Notes: generated by a model not told the origin, from the letters alone. A stretch of DNA of 64,000 bases from Minisyncoccota bacterium (GCA_040905385.1 JBBDRP010000002.1:226292-290291), one strand, 5' to 3'. Positions 44,767 to 54,921 are shown, numbered from the stretch's first letter. Made by a program: numbers and translations.

Positions 44767-45357
44767 ATGGCCAATATCCTAATAGTAGAAGGCGACAGCC
44801 GTCAAGTGAAGTCGGCGATTGATCATCTAGGTGAAAAGAATGAACTTGTCATATTAAACTGTGACTATACTGGTTTTGTTAGTCTTGAACTGTTTGATTT
44901 CATTCTTATTGACTTACTAAAAACCAGACTTCCTGATCCGGATTATTACAGGTTTGGAAGAGAGAGGATGATTTTCAAGGAAGCTTTTAATCTTCTCGAT
45001 AGATTAGTCATACGAGGAATTGCTTTTGTTGGTAATCCTTGTAATCCAGAAGAAAAGTTTAATAAAGATGTTCTTTCACTTTTTGCTAGATCGTACAAGT
45101 TTTGCTTTCCTAATCCTCCTAGATATGAACACTTCCGTGCAATATCTTCTAGGGGAGAAAAGTCTGAGCTGAGAAATTCTCTAGTTATGTTTAATCACAT
45201 GATTGATGAATATAAATACCTATTGACTCCGGAGGGTAATAGACTAAGAACAGCTTCATTATCTTTAGATCAAATAAGTGATCTTTGTTACAACAAAGAT
45301 CATGTTCCAGAAATACCTTGGAAGGAGGTTGTCCACGCTCTTGAACTTCCAAAATAA
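44767..45357 (+). CDS. Hypothetical protein. The N-terminal ~110 aa resemble a degenerate CheY-like receiver fold (MANILIVEGD...FDFILIDLL); the C-terminal domain is unknown.
   Basis: Receiver-like beta1/beta3 motifs by eye only. No output domain recognised. Confidence 0.5.
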   Translation: MANILIVEGDSRQVKSAIDHLGEKNELVILNCDYTGFVSLELFDFILIDLLKTRLPDPDYYRFGRERMIFKEAFNLLDRLVIRGIAFVGNPCNPEEKFNKDVLSLFARSYKFCFPNPPRYEHFRAISSRGEKSELRNSLVMFNHMIDEYKYLLTPEGNRLRTASLSLDQISDLCYNKDHVPEIPWKEVVHALELPK

Positions 45358-45422
45358 TCACAAAATTAAAATTAAAAGCCAACCGAGCTTCTTGGTTGGC
45401 TTTTTAATATGCTACTCTTGAG

Positions 45423-45962
45423 ATGTATAAAGATTATCCGCTTAAGATTAAAAAGCATATGCGTCGATTATCGAACAAAGCCATTATCACCACGTCGTTT
45501 GGCCGTATTTTTTCTTCAATTTTTGTCGTTCCTGGGTTACGCATGCTTCTTGCAAATATTCAAGAAACAACCTCGGAAGAAATACTCTCTTCTGGATTGA
45601 CTCTTGCGATTACCATAGCCTTGTTTCTACTCGTGATTGTTTACTCGGTTTTGTGGGTCAGGTGGTATTACTACGAGGTCGCTCCAGATGAATTCAAGAA
45701 GGAGTATGGTGTTATTTCTAAAAGCTACACTTCAATTCCCTACAGCCGTATTCAGAATGTGAACATCGAACGAAGTCTACTGGAACGAATGCTGGGAATC
45801 TCAACACTGCAGATCCAGACAGCTGGAACTGGAATGATTCAAGCTGAGGGAAGAGTTCCTGGAATTGAAAAGGATACTGCCGAAGAAGTTCGTGAGGCAA
45901 TTCTTAGCAAATCACGCAGCGGTCGACAAGCTGGGCAGGGAGTCCCTGAACCGGGAGTTTAA
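45423..45962 (+). CDS. Membrane protein with a bacterial PH domain (YdbS/YdbT-like, bPH_2/DUF304)
   Basis: Two TM helices, then ...YGVISKSYTSIPYSRIQNVNIERSLLERMLGISTLQIQTAG.... Confidence 0.7.
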   Translation: MYKDYPLKIKKHMRRLSNKAIITTSFGRIFSSIFVVPGLRMLLANIQETTSEEILSSGLTLAITIALFLLVIVYSVLWVRWYYYEVAPDEFKKEYGVISKSYTSIPYSRIQNVNIERSLLERMLGISTLQIQTAGTGMIQAEGRVPGIEKDTAEEVREAILSKSRSGRQAGQGVPEPGV

Positions 45963-45990
45963 ACAGTCATGATACAAGTCACGCATGTAA

Positions 45991-46015
45991 AAGACCGCCA
46001 CTCAGCGGTCTTTTG
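45991..46015 (+). terminator. Rho-independent terminator
   Basis: AGACCGC-CACTCA-GCGGTCT-TTTG. Confidence 0.65.
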
Positions 46016-46071
46016 TTATTCAATTCAGACATACTCCGGATACTTATTGTGAGGATGGTGGAGGTATCCAA

Positions 46072-46347
46072 TTAGGAGCAGCAAAATGACTGTACGAAAA
46101 AAAGATCGTACAAGCCACCAACAAGAGCAATTATAAAAAGGCCAATCAATCCCCATTTGGCGTACTTGCCGTATCTGCTTTTATCCTTGTCAGTAAAAAT
46201 TTTTGTATAGAGGTATGAACCGAAGCCAAACAGTGTCATGCAGATTCCCACAAATGCGAGCAGCGGTTGTAGCTGATAAACGCTTGATATCAGGACAATA
46301 ATCGCAAAAGAGATAATCCCTAATACTGTACGAGTGGTTTGTGTCAT
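46072..46347 (-). CDS. Small hypothetical membrane protein (91 aa, 3 predicted TM helices)
   Basis: ORF with hydrophobic segments only. Confidence 0.45.
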   Translation of the reverse strand: MTQTTRTVLGIISFAIIVLISSVYQLQPLLAFVGICMTLFGFGSYLYTKIFTDKDKSRYGKYAKWGLIGLFIIALVGGLYDLFFVQSFCCS

Positions 46348-46452
46348 GTATATATACTACTATCCACCAAGGTCAGAAATCACTACATAGGTCTAACCTC
46401 TGTAAATTTCCCAGAGTCTTTCATGTGGGCGTGATATACTATATTCATACTA

Positions 46453-48074
46453 TGCCTTCTGGATTAAATTCTAACGCTGGCTTCGCTGCTCTTTCAATTG
46501 TGCTGTTTATTGGTGGTATCATCGCCGCTAGTACGGTTGGTTACGTTGGCTACCAGGTCCTACAGGAGGATCAGCCGACTGAGAGTATGGCGACGACCAG
46601 TGATTTTTATACTGAAGACAGGGCAGCGACATCCAGCTCATCCGTTCTGGATTTCTGGAAGACATACCGCAACGATGAGCATGGTTTTTCGTTGCGGTAC
46701 CCAGAGATATACGGTGATTTTAAAGATGTCGATGGATGGGCACATGATTCGGAACTAGAATCGTTTCAAACCCAGGCTTCTGGTTACCCAAATTTTTCCG
46801 TTAAAATTCATGACATAGATACGTTTGCAGCCGGAGCGGATGTTGGCGGCACGTGGCCGCATTACTATATTTCCGAGGAAGATCGTTGGATTGCCCGATC
46901 TAGCAACGCCACATCATCACCGTCCACTGGAGACAGTGTTGGGTATACCGCATCTGGTCACAAAGTATACTTTTTTGAGACAGCCAATATACCGAGTCGA
47001 AAAGAAACCTACGCCATTCCTGTACCGGATCAAAATCTGATGGTCGAATTGAGTTTTCTATACAACACTGTTCAAGAAAGTTCTTCATATACGACAGAAG
47101 ATGTTGATAGAGAAAAAATATTCTCATCCTTTGATTTTTACGCCGATATTTCCGCTACATCTGAATCTGATTCATGGCAGACGTACCGGAATGGAGAGTA
47201 CGGTTTTTCTTTCCAGTATCCAGAAGACTGGCGGGTGAGCACCGGCGAATCAGAAGGAAAAGATGAAGTGGTGGTACGAGTTGTGAATCCTGAATATGCC
47301 GGTGCTTCGGATACTGATATCCCGGCTGAGCAGTTTCTTGTGCGTAAAAAAAGCCCACAAGACTGCCAATTCGGGGAGTTAACAAAGATCAAAGGCAGGA
47401 ATGCCTTTGATACCGGTTGGGCCGAAAGTAGATTTACCGGACTTCCGCAGCGTGATATATGCTTTGATGTTGCAGATACTGGAACGTCAGAAAGAGATGC
47501 AGAGATAAAGATATCACTGAGTGGACGGAATGAGGCTTCAGTAAATACAATGAATAGAATTCTGAATTCTTTCGACTTTACTGCTATACCAGATATTCCG
47601 TTAACACTCCATGATATTGATGTGCAGTACACAGATAAATTACTGAATAATTCGGAATTTACGAAAGAAATTAATGTTAATACAAACACTACCAATATTA
47701 GTGTTCGAAAACCAATCAAGTTTGCTGTGTGGAATAGGGTTGGAACAGATGATGAACCATTGGCAGTAATTAATTTATTGTATGAGGTTAAAGACAGTAC
47801 TCCTACTGGATATGAGATAATTCTATTTGATATTGATGCCGGTAATAATATTTCTAATCCGACAAAGATTGATTCTGGTTATACAGCAGGTAGTTACAGC
47901 CAGAACTCTGAATCTTTTTCGCTTAATGCTATTGATACACAGGGACATTTTTCAATTAATCTCGAAGTTCGTATACCTGAGATCGTTGCTGGTAGTGATC
48001 AGGTTAGATATATCGAAAAAGAGTTTAGTTACATGAATGAAGATGTTGTTACTGTCAGTAGTAATGAGGATTAA
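46453..48074 (+). CDS. Secreted or membrane-anchored hypothetical protein with two PsbP/Mog1-like (DUF1795-like) domains. The start is probably the internal ATG at 46453 (MPSGLNS...), not 46341.
   Basis: TM helix FAALSIVLFIGGIIAASTVGYVGY. Twice-repeated W.TYRN.E.GFS..YPE(DW) domain-start motif (aa ~70 and ~270 of the long ORF). Taking 46341 as start would overlap the upstream minus-strand gene. Confidence 0.55.
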
Positions 48075-48176
48075 TAGTAGTTATACGTATATAGACAGAA
48101 GCTTGTTATGGATAGATAACGATAACTAATATAAAGGTGCTATAATAGAGGTGTATTACCAACTAACGTATTTACT

Positions 48177-48737
48177 ATGTCAACAGCTTTAATTATTATC
48201 ATCGTTCTGTTAGCGGTCCCAGTTCTGTACGGAATCGTCCGTTACAACAGCTTCATCGCCCAAGTTGCTCGTGTTGACGAGGCCTGGGCCGACATCGACG
48301 TGCAGCTCAAGCGTCGCTACGACCTGATTCCGAACCTGATGGACACGGTAAAGGGCTATATGCAGCATGAGCAGGAGACCTTCCAGAAGGTGACCGAAGC
48401 CCGCACGATGGCGATGCAGGCCGGTACGGTTAAAGAGCACGAGGGTGCCGAGAATATGCTTAGCGGCGCCTTGAAGTCACTGTTTGCTGTCTCGGAAAGC
48501 TACCCGGAGCTACGTGCTACCGAGAACTTTCAGAAGTTTCAGGATGAGCTAGCCGACACAGAGAACAAGATTCAGGCAGCTCGACGCTTCTACAACGCCA
48601 ACGTTCGTGACTACAACACTGATGTTGATCAGTTTCCGGCTAACGTAATTGCAAACATGGCTAGTTTCGATAAGCGTGACTTCTTCGAGCTAGAAGAAGA
48701 ATCAGTTGAGCGGGAAAACATAGACGTCGAGTTCTAA
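48177..48737 (+). CDS. lemA: LemA family protein
   Basis: TM helix, then RYNSFIAQVARVDEAWADIDVQLKRRYDLIPNLMDTVKGY (LemA signature). Confidence 0.85.
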   Translation: MSTALIIIIVLLAVPVLYGIVRYNSFIAQVARVDEAWADIDVQLKRRYDLIPNLMDTVKGYMQHEQETFQKVTEARTMAMQAGTVKEHEGAENMLSGALKSLFAVSESYPELRATENFQKFQDELADTENKIQAARRFYNANVRDYNTDVDQFPANVIANMASFDKRDFFELEEESVERENIDVEF

Positions 48738-48823
48738 TCCAGTTTCCTAACTGTAGTTGATTAAACATCAACTCTACGTACGTGATTTAACTATTTATGC
48801 ATATACACGGACGGATAATTTCA

Positions 48824-48853
48824 GCAAGCCTCATTCTTGGGCTTGCTTTGTTC
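48824..48853 (+). terminator. Rho-independent terminator
   Basis: CAGCAAGCC-TCATTCTTG-GGCTTGCTTTGTT. Confidence 0.6.
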
Positions 48854-48986
48854 GTGGGCTATCTGGCAGCTGCCGAGGTTGCTGCTGAGAGGACGTCGAT
48901 TTCCTGCTTCATACCTAATACCTCTTTTTTCTAATTCTCTATAATGGACTTTTTGCCTTACAGTCTTTATACTTTAGACTAATACC

Positions 48987-49886
48987 ATGGCAACACTATA
49001 TGGTGACCAATCGGCGAATAGAAAGAAAACCTGGGCCCTGATGGCCGGTTTCTTGATCGTGATTATTCTGCTTGGTTGGGCGGCTAGCTGGTACTTTAAC
49101 TCGCAGATTATTCTCTTTGTGGCGGTGGGGTTTTCACTGGTCATGAACGGCATCAGCTTCTGGTTTTCACACAAGATTGCGCTCAAGAGTGCCGGTGCGG
49201 AGGAGGCTGACCCGAAGCAGTATCAGGAGCTGCACAATCTTGTCGAGAACCTCTGCATCACCGCTGGTATTCAGAAGCCAGGTGTATACATCATCGAGGA
49301 TCCGTCTCCAAATGCCTTTGCTACCGGGCGTAATGAAGAGACAGCCGCCGTGGCGGTTACAACGGGGCTGCTACAGCTACTGGATCGGTCCGAGCTAGAG
49401 GGAGTGATTGCCCACGAGATTGCCCACATCACCAATCGAGATATCCTGCTGTCCTCGATGGTCGTGGTATTGGTTGGGTTTGTGACGCTGCTTTCTGACT
49501 TTTTTCTGCGCTGGTCGCTTTTCGGTGGCGGTGGTAGTGACAATCGGGCAGGACTTCTCTTCGCTATTGTTGGAATCGCACTGGCAATTCTGTCGCCGAT
49601 TATTGCTATGATTATTCAGCTGGCCATCTCTCGCAAGCGTGAGTTTCTCGCCGATGCTAGTGGGGCACTTTTGACTCGGTATCCGGAGGGGTTAGCAAAT
49701 GCACTACGAAAGATTGATTCATCGGTAAGCGATCGACCACTCAGCCGGGCTAACCACGCGACGGCACATCTGTACTTTGAGAATCCGTACGGGGGAGACG
49801 ACTCAAAAAAAGGATTTCTAACCAAGGCGTTTATGACCCACCCACCGACCAGTGAGCGGATTAATGCTCTGATGAGTCAACAGTAG
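48987..49886 (+). CDS. htpX: Zn-metalloprotease HtpX (peptidase M48)
   Basis: HEIAHI (HExxH) motif, 4 TM helices, typical HtpX length. Confidence 0.9.
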   Translation: MATLYGDQSANRKKTWALMAGFLIVIILLGWAASWYFNSQIILFVAVGFSLVMNGISFWFSHKIALKSAGAEEADPKQYQELHNLVENLCITAGIQKPGVYIIEDPSPNAFATGRNEETAAVAVTTGLLQLLDRSELEGVIAHEIAHITNRDILLSSMVVVLVGFVTLLSDFFLRWSLFGGGGSDNRAGLLFAIVGIALAILSPIIAMIIQLAISRKREFLADASGALLTRYPEGLANALRKIDSSVSDRPLSRANHATAHLYFENPYGGDDSKKGFLTKAFMTHPPTSERINALMSQQ

Positions 49887-50210
49887 TGCCGAACATTTGC
49901 CAGAAGAGAAGTAGCGGCTGCCAGTTTTAGTACATGATTATGCAAAAGTTTATTATTCGAGCACGTAAAGGCCTTATTTTTAGCTACAATAAATAGCACA
50001 CAAAACTGTGGATAAGTCTACTTGACTCTGTATACCGTTTTGCTAATATATGTGTACGGGCAAAGACAGAGACATTAAAAATCAAAGTTGAGTCGGTACT
50101 TACGACAACCGCATCACTACGATGCATACACCATACACACCCACTCAACACACACATTTTTAACTCACTCTCAATCTTTCCCACACAACACATATTCATT
50201 TCATTTATAA

Positions 50211-50234
50211 TTCTGCATTTGCAGAATTTTTTTA
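50211..50234 (+). terminator. AT-rich hairpin + T8 (TTCTGCATTTGCAGAATTTTTTTA) ending a G-depleted CA-rich tract
   Basis: Read directly. The stem is weak (6 bp). Confidence 0.4.
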
Positions 50235-50349
50235 TTACATACAGCTATTGACCGCAAGAGCTAATTAGAATAATATGTGGCTGCTGAGACATAATCCCCT
50301 TTGTTTCAGCAGGTTACCAATACAGGTAATTCCATCCCACACTCCTACG

Positions 50350-50380
50350 GGCCCGAGCCAGCTAAGCTCGGGCCTTTTTT
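50350..50380 (+). terminator. Strong rho-independent terminator
   Basis: GGCCCGAGC-CAGCTAA-GCTCGGGCC-TTTTTT, with no ORF upstream. Confidence 0.75.
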
Positions 50381-50471
50381 ATTTAATAAAATGAAAACTT
50401 TAGGTATACTGACAGCATACGTAGCATTCATAGAGGGGTGACAGAGTGGATGAAAAAAATATTATTACAGC

Positions 50472-50557
50472 GGAGGGATGACAGAGCGGTCGATTGTGCA
50501 CGCTTGGAAAGCGTGTGTGCGTTCTTCGCACCGCGGGTTCGAATCCCGCTCCCTCCG
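50472..50557 (+). tRNA. tRNA-Ser (anticodon GGA), class II with long variable arm
   Basis: Acceptor GGAGGGA/TCCCTCC + G, 3-bp D-stem, anticodon loop TTGGAAA, variable hairpin GTGCG-TTCT-CGCAC, T-arm GCGGG-TTCGAAT-CCCGC. Confidence 0.9.
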
Positions 50558-50577
50558 CTGTGGTTGTATTTTTTCGC
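50541..50577 (+). repeat. Direct repeat copy 1: last 17 nt of tRNA-Ser + 20 nt trailer (GAATCCCGCTCCCTCCGCTGTGGTTGTATTTTTTCGC)
   Basis: Identical sequence (with one extra T) at 50691-50728. Confidence 0.85.
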
Positions 50578-50690
50578 GCTCTCTGCAGAATTTGAACGAG
50601 TTGGATTTTTAAGGAGAAAAGAAAGCGCATTTCTGCGCTTTCGTGAGGCGTGGTGACGGAAATTTTGAGTCAGCAAAATTATCTGTGACC

Positions 50691-50728
50691 GAATCCCGCT
50701 CCCTCCGCTGTGGTTGTATTTTTTTCGC
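50691..50728 (+). repeat. Direct repeat copy 2 of the tRNA-Ser 3' end + trailer (att-like scar)
   Basis: See 50541-50577. 113 bp separate the copies. Confidence 0.85.
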
Positions 50729-50799
50729 CCCCCTCAGTATTGAATAACCAACAAGTACTTCGTGTGTTTGTTGGTGGTTAAATAGGTATAATTATAAAT

Positions 50800-51123
50800 A
50801 TGACAAATACAAAGTTAGTAAAATTTAAGTTTAAATTGGGTACTAAACAAATTTGGCTAGATTGGTCAAAGGAGTTAAAGCGAAGGGAAGATGAAGTAAT
50901 TGAGACACTTAAAAATGAAGGTGTTGTTTCTGAATCTTGTTATATGTCAGATGATGGCGAGCATGTTTATTATTTTATGGAAGCAGAAGATTTTGAGAAA
51001 GTAAAAAGGGCTGTTAGTGAAAATCCTCATCCTATTGACAGTGATCATAAAAAGGCCAGAGAAAGTAGTCTAGATTTTGTTTCAAAATTAGAATGTCTTT
51101 TTCATTTTAGTAACAGAAATTAA
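50800..51123 (+). CDS. Hypothetical protein (107 aa), markedly more AT-rich than neighbours; extended -10 TGGTTAAATAGGTATAAT 8 bp upstream
   Basis: ORF only. Compositional contrast visible by eye. Confidence 0.5.
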   Translation: MTNTKLVKFKFKLGTKQIWLDWSKELKRREDEVIETLKNEGVVSESCYMSDDGEHVYYFMEAEDFEKVKRAVSENPHPIDSDHKKARESSLDFVSKLECLFHFSNRN

Positions 51124-51190
51124 CGTTATTAGAACCTTAAAACGTTATACTAAAAAGTATTAAAAACATAGTGGTATACTGGAGTCAGTT

Positions 51191-51715
51191 ATGAAGCGCC
51201 ACCACATTATCCTTACAACGGTTTTCCTAACCCTGGCTGTCATTTTTGTGGCTGGATGGTATCTACTGCCGATTGAGTTGTTTCCGGATCGCGATACAAC
51301 CAACAACAGCGATATAACCCAGTACGCTGTTTGGGAGCACGAAGATCGTTGTTTCTATTTAGATGTGGCAGATACCTCTACGCTCCGGCGTCAAGGTCTC
51401 TCTGGACGCGAGTCTCTCGGATCCAACGAGGGCATGCTTTTTCTGTATCGTTTGTCGGGTGAGTACGGCTTCTGGATGCGGGACATGAACTTTCCAATTG
51501 ACATCATCTGGTTGGATCGAAACGACGAGATTGTCACTATTGTATCGTCCGCATTACCGGATTCGTATCCGGAAATTTATTATCCTGACAATTCTGCCAG
51601 AAAGATCATCGAAGTCTCGGCCGGTGTAGCTGAGAAGCTCGATTTGAATATTGGCGATCGGCTAGATGTGTCCCCGGCAACCTCGACTCCGTCGGTTGAT
51701 TGCGCGATGCTTTGA
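51191..51715 (+). CDS. DUF192 (COG1430) domain protein with N-terminal TM anchor
   Basis: ...YLDVADTSTLRRQGLSGRESLGSNEGMLFLY...FWMRDMNFPIDIIWLDRNDEIVTI.... Confidence 0.75.
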   Translation: MKRHHIILTTVFLTLAVIFVAGWYLLPIELFPDRDTTNNSDITQYAVWEHEDRCFYLDVADTSTLRRQGLSGRESLGSNEGMLFLYRLSGEYGFWMRDMNFPIDIIWLDRNDEIVTIVSSALPDSYPEIYYPDNSARKIIEVSAGVAEKLDLNIGDRLDVSPATSTPSVDCAML

Positions 51716-51862
51716 CGATGTATTTTACAAGCATGCAAGAGAGTTTTCTTGTCGTTTAAAACCGTAAATGAAATGATCTCACCCCATTTTCTGTACTATA
51801 ATTAGATACACAACTCAATACGATTACTGTACTTTACTAATTCTTAACGCCACACATTTTAA

Positions 51863-53197
51863 ATGTCAAAAACTACATCCCAAGATTCTGATACAGCAGG
51901 ATTTTCAGTCACGGAGGCTGAAAAAATTGTCGGTAATGTCCTAAAACGCGACGGTAGCAAGGTTGCGTTTGATATTGATAAAATTGTCGCTGCTATTATG
52001 GGCGCTATGAGCGAAGCTGAAGAGGGAACCGAAGACGATGCCCGACAAGTAGCTGAAAATGTCCTGATGGAGCTGGCTCGTATAAAGGATCGCTACGCGA
52101 CGTTTCTGCCGTCGGTAGAAGGGATTCAGGACCATGTCGAGAAGGAGCTCATTAAGGCCAACTATGCCGCTACGGCCAAGGCCTATATTTTGTATCGGCA
52201 TCGACAGGCTGAGCTACGTGAGCGTAACCTGTTTCGTCCACGTCAGAATCTCAAGCCGTACGAGTATCCCGAGCTGGCCGAGTACGTCGATGCTATCCGG
52301 CACTCCTACTGGATTCATACCGAGTTTAACTACACCTCGGATATCAATGACTACAAAGCCAACATTACGGATGTGGAGCAGAGCGCCATCAAGAACTCCA
52401 TGCTGGCGATTGCGCAGATCGAGGTGGCGGTAAAGACTTTCTGGGGTGATTTGTATAAGAAGATGCCGAAGCCAGAGATCGGGGCAGTCGGTTATACGTT
52501 TGCTGAAAGTGAGGTTCGTCACATGCAGGCGTACTCACATCTGCTGGAAATTCTTGGCCTGAATGGTGAGTTTAAACACCTTACCGAGGTGCCAGTAATC
52601 AAGGAAAGAATTGATTACCTGAATCGGGCGGCAGCACCATCGCATAATGACAACGATCGCGAGTATACGCGCTCCATATTTCTGTTCTCCTTGTTTGTAG
52701 AGCATGTATCACTGTTCAGTCAGTTCCTGATCATTATGGCCTTTCAGAAGCACAAGAACCTCTTTAAGGGCATCTCTAACGTCGTCGAGGCTACCTCAAA
52801 GGAAGAGCAGATTCACGGTCTGTTTGGAATTGACCTCGTAAATCAGATTAAAAAAGAAGAGCCACGTTGGTTTGATGACGAGTACGAGCAATCGGTGCGC
52901 AACATGTGCCGGGAGGCGATGGCGACCGAGGAAAAGCTGGTCGACTGGATCTTCGAGGCTGGCGAGCTTGATTTTCTTCCTAAGCAGGTGGTGCATGAGT
53001 TCCTCAAGCACCGTATGAACAACTCCTTGAAATCAATTGGCTATGCGCCAGAGTTTGATACTGATAAAGATCTTGTGGCCGAAACAGCCTGGTTTAACGA
53101 AGAGGTGATTGCCACCAAGCATGTCGACTTCTTCCAGAAGCGCTCCATCAATTACTCCAAAAAGACGCAGAGTGTCACCTCTGATGACCTCTTCTAA
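51863..53197 (+). CDS. nrdB: Ribonucleotide reductase small subunit (NrdB, ferritin-like di-metal R2) with an N-terminal ATP-cone
   Basis: N-term VLKRDGSKVAFDIDKIVAAI (ATP-cone). R2 core ...EVRHMQAYSHLLE..., ...SLFSQFLIIMAFQ... Precedent: ATP-cone-containing NrdB proteins are described in the literature. Confidence 0.8.
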   Translation: MSKTTSQDSDTAGFSVTEAEKIVGNVLKRDGSKVAFDIDKIVAAIMGAMSEAEEGTEDDARQVAENVLMELARIKDRYATFLPSVEGIQDHVEKELIKANYAATAKAYILYRHRQAELRERNLFRPRQNLKPYEYPELAEYVDAIRHSYWIHTEFNYTSDINDYKANITDVEQSAIKNSMLAIAQIEVAVKTFWGDLYKKMPKPEIGAVGYTFAESEVRHMQAYSHLLEILGLNGEFKHLTEVPVIKERIDYLNRAAAPSHNDNDREYTRSIFLFSLFVEHVSLFSQFLIIMAFQKHKNLFKGISNVVEATSKEEQIHGLFGIDLVNQIKKEEPRWFDDEYEQSVRNMCREAMATEEKLVDWIFEAGELDFLPKQVVHEFLKHRMNNSLKSIGYAPEFDTDKDLVAETAWFNEEVIATKHVDFFQKRSINYSKKTQSVTSDDLF

Positions 53198-53244
53198 CGA
53201 TGACCGGGGAGTGCTTATTTACCACCTAACACACAGTCACTGAT

Positions 53245-54921
53245 ATGTCATACGAATGGTTAAACGAACAGTCACAAACATTTCTCGAGCGTGGGTACCT
53301 GGTTGGCGACCAGACGCCGAAGGGGAGAATTCGCGAGATTGCTGAAACCGCCGAAGAATACCTCCAGAAGGACGGCTTCGCCGATAAGTTCGAGGACTAC
53401 ATGTCCAAGGGCTACATCTCATTGGCTAGTCCAGTTTGGAGTAACTTTGGGCTGGATCGGGGGTTACCAATCAGCTGCTTTGGATCTGACATTGCCGATA
53501 ATATGAGCAGTATTTTATATACACAGGCGGAGGTTGGCATTATGAGTAAGTACGGTGGGGGAACCTCAGCTCACTTTGGTAATCTGCGCGAGCGTGGTGC
53601 CTCGATTTCTAACAATGGTCAGTCCAACGGTCCGGTCCACTTTATGCAGCTTTTTGACAAGATGGTTGATGTAGTTAGCCAGGGAAATGTGCGCCGCGGA
53701 AATATGGCGACGTATCTTCCGGTTGAACATCCAGACATCATGGAGTTTCTAGATATTGGTACTGAAGGAAACGAGATTCAGGGGCTGACTCACGCCGTAA
53801 CAGTTGGGGATGATTGGATGCAGGAAATGGTGGACGGCGATGACGAGAAGCGCGCCATCTGGGCCAAGGTTATCCAGCGTCGTGGAGAGATCGGCTATCC
53901 GTACATTATGTTTTCTGATAATGCCAACAACAACCGACCACAGGTTTACAAGGATAAGGACATGCGTATCAAGGCCACGAACCTGTGTTCGGAAATCATG
54001 CTGCCATCAGACGAGGATCTTTCCTTTGTCTGCTGCCTGTCTTCAGTGAATCTCCTCCACTACAACGAATGGAAGGACACCGACCTGATTGAGACCGTGA
54101 CGTACTTTCTGGATGCCGTTATGGAGGACTTCATCGTCTCGCTGGAACGGCTGCGTGACTCTGACGAAGAGGAGGATCAGCAGTCATTTGAGTTCATGAA
54201 ACGAGCGCATAAGTTTGCCAAGGAGCACCGTGCTGTTGGGGTCGGTGTGTTGGGTTGGCACTCATTCCTGCAGTCCCGTAGCATTCCGATGGAAAGCCAG
54301 GAGGCTGATCAGCTGAACGTAGAAATATTTAAAAATCTTAAAGAAAAAACGTATGCTGCCTCCGAGGAAATGGCGCAGGTGTACGGTGAGCCGGAGGTCC
54401 TGAAAGGCTACGGTCGGCGTAATACGACGACGATGGCGATTGCACCAACTACCTCATCATCCTTTATTTTGGGGCAGGTTTCGCAAAGCATCGAGCCGCT
54501 GATGAGTAACTGTTACGTAAAGGATCTGGCCAAGATAAAGACCACCATTCGCAATCCATACCTGAAAGAAATTCTCAAGGAGAAGGGGAAGGATACGGTG
54601 GAAACCTGGGACAGCATTCGCGACAATGATGGGTCCGTCCAGCACCTGGATTATCTTTCCGAGCATGAGAAGGAGGTGTTTCGCACCTACGCAGAGATGG
54701 ATCAGGCCAAGATTATTGAGCAGGCAGCGGTACGTCAGCAGTACATTGACCAGGGACAGTCTCTGAACGTACTGGTTGGTCCGGAGGCTTCGGCTAAGGA
54801 TATCAATGAGCTGTATCTGAAGGCGTGGCGAAACGGGGTCAAGGCACTGTACTATCAGCACAGCATGAACGCTGCCCAGCAGCTGAGTCGGAAGAAGATT
54901 TGTGCGGCTTGTGAAGCGTAA
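53245..54921 (+). CDS. nrdA: Class I ribonucleotide reductase large subunit (NrdA/NrdE-like), short form without ATP-cone
   Basis: Catalytic NLCSEIMLP motif and C-terminal redox pair KICAACEA. 558 aa. Confidence 0.75.
   Translation: MSYEWLNEQSQTFLERGYLVGDQTPKGRIREIAETAEEYLQKDGFADKFEDYMSKGYISLASPVWSNFGLDRGLPISCFGSDIADNMSSILYTQAEVGIMSKYGGGTSAHFGNLRERGASISNNGQSNGPVHFMQLFDKMVDVVSQGNVRRGNMATYLPVEHPDIMEFLDIGTEGNEIQGLTHAVTVGDDWMQEMVDGDDEKRAIWAKVIQRRGEIGYPYIMFSDNANNNRPQVYKDKDMRIKATNLCSEIMLPSDEDLSFVCCLSSVNLLHYNEWKDTDLIETVTYFLDAVMEDFIVSLERLRDSDEEEDQQSFEFMKRAHKFAKEHRAVGVGVLGWHSFLQSRSIPMESQEADQLNVEIFKNLKEKTYAASEEMAQVYGEPEVLKGYGRRNTTTMAIAPTTSSSFILGQVSQSIEPLMSNCYVKDLAKIKTTIRNPYLKEILKEKGKDTVETWDSIRDNDGSVQHLDYLSEHEKEVFRTYAEMDQAKIIEQAAVRQQYIDQGQSLNVLVGPEASAKDINELYLKAWRNGVKALYYQHSMNAAQQLSRKKICAACEA

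Noticed and set aside
46341-46452. Upstream start (46341) for the secreted protein gene
   Set aside because: It would overlap the start of the convergent/divergent minus-strand gene 46072-46347 and adds a non-hydrophobic, unconserved-looking leader. The internal ATG at 46453 directly precedes the TM/signal segment.
49984-50676. Minus-strand ORFs 49984-50199, 50400-50630, 50428-50676 and + ORF 50438-50656
   Set aside because: They overlap the tRNA-Ser gene and terminator hairpins, or lie in the G-depleted CA-rich tract. The composition is incompatible with coding.
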